DNA of 64,000 nt from Candidatus Bathyarchaeia archaeon (GTDB lineage: Archaea; Thermoproteota; Bathyarchaeia; Bathyarchaeales; Bathycorpusculaceae). The notes beneath the pieces are model-generated. The model was given only the letters and a program-made list of their open reading frames with translations, did no database searches and was not told the origin of the DNA. The position numbers and the translations under genes were made by a program. Positions 61,918 to 64,000 of this stretch are shown here, piece after piece. The stretch lies in the NCBI GenBank assembly GCA_050010515.1, contig JBEKKX010000005.1, forward strand, positions 1 to 64,000, written 5' to 3'. Position 1 is the stretch's first letter; each line of letters starts with the position of its first letter.

Positions 61918-62019
61918 CTACCATAGTAAACAACTCTTACCGAGTACATTCAAGGGTTAGGAACTTCGCTATTTAGAGTAGATAAGTCTTAAATCTAAAA
62001 AGCGTAGAAACAGATTAGC

Positions 62020-62604
62020 ATGGAAAATAAAAACAAAGAAGACACTGAAGATGCAAGAGCAAATAATGAAGACGAATGGCAACGGTTATCTTATCAAGAA
62101 ATTGGTGAAGACAGACGACACTTCGACTCTATGTTGTGGGAAATTCCAACTGCAATCTTCTTGGTTGATTCCTTTTTATTAGGATTAGTCAGTTCTTTAT
62201 CAGGTAAGGGCTTTTATCTGCTTATTCTTCAAGAAGTCTTGTTAGGTTTCGCTTCAGCTTTTACAATTCTCTTGACAGTGACCCTACGTAAAGTTGCTAA
62301 AAGGTCAATTGATAGAATGGAGTTGCTTAAACAAATGGAAGGGCAAACGAAAGAACAAACGAAAGAGCAAAGGGAAGTACAACTACCACCGATAAAACAC
62401 AAACGTTTTCCTGAAGAAAAAGGATACCTTACATGGAAGGTTGGAGTTCTCGTGTGTGGGTTGCTAATTTTGTTTGCTTTTGTCCTAATTGGTCTAATGA
62501 TTGCTCTATTTTTTTTACCCTCACATATTTTCAACCGTTACTCTTTCTATTCTGCAAAATGCATTAAACTGTTAGGGCTATTACCGAGTACATTCAAGGG
62601 TTAA
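62020..62604 (+). CDS. 3-TM hypothetical protein (SLATT/RipA/Pycsar-effector-like topology)
   Basis: Y..I.E..RHFD...W helix followed by a TM hairpin and a C-terminal TM. Confidence 0.55.
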   Translation: MENKNKEDTEDARANNEDEWQRLSYQEIGEDRRHFDSMLWEIPTAIFLVDSFLLGLVSSLSGKGFYLLILQEVLLGFASAFTILLTVTLRKVAKRSIDRMELLKQMEGQTKEQTKEQREVQLPPIKHKRFPEEKGYLTWKVGVLVCGLLILFAFVLIGLMIALFFLPSHIFNRYSFYSAKCIKLLGLLPSTFKG

Positions 62605-63193
62605 GTATCTTCTTAATCTCCTTTTATCAAGTGCGGGGGGAGCTTACTCTATGGAGAGAATATTAAATAAAAACTGTAAATACTGATAAGAAAAGGCACT
62701 AATTAACAATTTTTCATTTAATTCAATTTCCCATATATCAGTTCCATACCTGAAAGTAAATTATCTTTCCCAGATCACTTAATATCGGGACAAGGCATCG
62801 CATTTGAAGGTCTCAAACGCTTTAAGGACATGTGACTTGTAACGAAAGTTTGCTGTCAAAACGTATATGCATTTTCCCCCGGGAAGGTAGTAGCCTACAC
62901 GTATATTCAATCCTATTGAAAACCATGACAATAGAAGAAGGCCCAAATAGCAAAGGTTACTTTAAGCAAAACCAAAAGTTGTGACTCTTTTTGCTAAAAA
63001 AAGCACTTGCGGAATCTACTGATAGAGTAACAATTTTTTTAAAGAAAATTAGCAAGGAGGGATAGGGTATCAATTTAGCAACTGAATTTCTCTAGCAAAA
63101 TTGACAGGTAAAGAACGTAATTTTTGCATTTCTCTATAGACGTAGAGTGGGTGGCTATATTCTTTGAAAACACTATGGACACAAACATGATTT

Positions 63194-64000
63194 TTATGCT
63201 GCTGCATCCAGTGTTTTTAGCATGCTTCCTGACCGGTAGCCTTCCAAATCAACTGTTACATACTTGAATCCTAATTTTTTCAAATCTTCAGCTACCCTGT
63301 CCAAAACATCGACATTGCAAAAGAGCGCTCTTTCAGTTTTTCCAACTTCTATTCTTGCTAACCCGTTATGGTCTCTAACTCGGATCTGCTTAACCCCAGT
63401 TATCGCTTTTACGGCTTGCTCTGCCTTGTCGATTCTACTCAACTTCTCAGCCGTAATTCTCTCATTAAACGGTATCCTCGAAGCCAAACACGCTAAAGCA
63501 GGCTTGTCATGAACGCTAAGCCCCATGGTTTTGGCTACTTGGCGAATCTCATCCTTACTAAACTTGTTAATCATCCATGGACTATACACGCTTTTTACTT
63601 CCTGAACAGCTTTGAATCCTGGTCTGTGATCGTTTAAATCGGTGAAGTTTGTGCCTTCAAAAACCGCTTTGAACCCGAGTTCATGCGCAAAGTCAATTAG
63701 GGATTTGAGTAATTCTTTTTTGCAGTAGTAGCAGCGGTTTTCAGGGTTTTTGCTAAAATTTTCGTTGGATAACTCGTCAGTTTCAATCACATGCAGTTTG
63801 ATGCCTATGTCCTTGGCTGTTTTTTTAGCATCCGTTAGCTCTTCAGACGTGTATGTTGGAGATTGAGCTATAACGGCCACAGCCTTCTCGCCTAGAACCC
63901 CGTGGCTTACAGCAGCTAATGTTGAGCTGTCCACGCCTCCAGAAAAAGCGATTACCACGCCGTCCTTTCCTTTTTCCTTGATGAAAGCTTTGAGTTCTTC
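63194..64000 (-). CDS. larE: LarE-family ATP-dependent sulfur transferase (5' end beyond the window)
   Basis: AFSGGVDS PP-loop, RCYYCK, RPG, ACLASRIP, RVRDH...ARIE, GYRSGSM. Confidence 0.9.
   Translation of the reverse strand, partial: EELKAFIKEKGKDGVVIAFSGGVDSSTLAAVSHGVLGEKAVAVIAQSPTYTSEELTDAKKTAKDIGIKLHVIETDELSNENFSKNPENRCYYCKKELLKSLIDFAHELGFKAVFEGTNFTDLNDHRPGFKAVQEVKSVYSPWMINKFSKDEIRQVAKTMGLSVHDKPALACLASRIPFNERITAEKLSRIDKAEQAVKAITGVKQIRVRDHNGLARIEVGKTERALFCNVDVLDRVAEDLKKLGFKYVTVDLEGYRSGSMLKTLDAAA

Larger units (their letters stand above)
59946..62604 (+). repeat. Array of five related linker/promoter units between single genes
   Basis: Units at 59946-59987, 60668-60777, 61240-61338, 61911-62022, 62565-62604. 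Confidence 0.85.

Noticed and set aside
62521-62529. tcacatatt match to the recombinase element's inverted repeat
   Set aside because: A 9-bp AT-rich match inside an ORF is expected by chance.
59946-62604. Classical integron attC array or CRISPR array
   Set aside because: The cores are ordered GTTAG...CTAAC (reverse of attC), there is no IntI, and the spacers are whole genes rather than 30-40 bp. Kept only as integron-like.

Overview
This is an archaeal chromosome segment. The gene content (PQQ-like beta-propeller surface protein, crenarchaeal-type SSB, NurA/HerA, thiolase/HMGCS/DUF35) suggests Bathyarchaeia; that assignment is inference. The backbone carries rps10, mre11-rad50, nurA-herA, 2-oxoacid:ferredoxin oxidoreductase, nrdR-nrdD-nrdG with two NrdR boxes, splB-like/dinB, pncB, thiolase plus a DUF35-HMG-CoA synthase fusion, uvrBAC, larE, tRNA-Ser(GCT) and tRNA-Lys(CTT). 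Three accessory structures stand out. (1) About 6 kb downstream of tRNA-Ser, single toxin/defence/ABC modules are separated by repeated tRNA-Ser 3'-end copies that mostly carry CCA, with no local integrase. (2) A 4.7-kb tyrosine-recombinase element (43185-47868) is bounded by a 14-bp direct repeat and 11-bp subterminal inverted repeats. (3) An integron-like array of single-gene cassettes (59.9-62.6 kb) is joined by a conserved ~110-bp linker that supplies the upstream stop codon and the downstream promoter/start. The same promoter unit precedes cargo in the recombinase element. No CRISPR array or rRNA was seen. All protein calls come from motifs read by eye, not from database searches.
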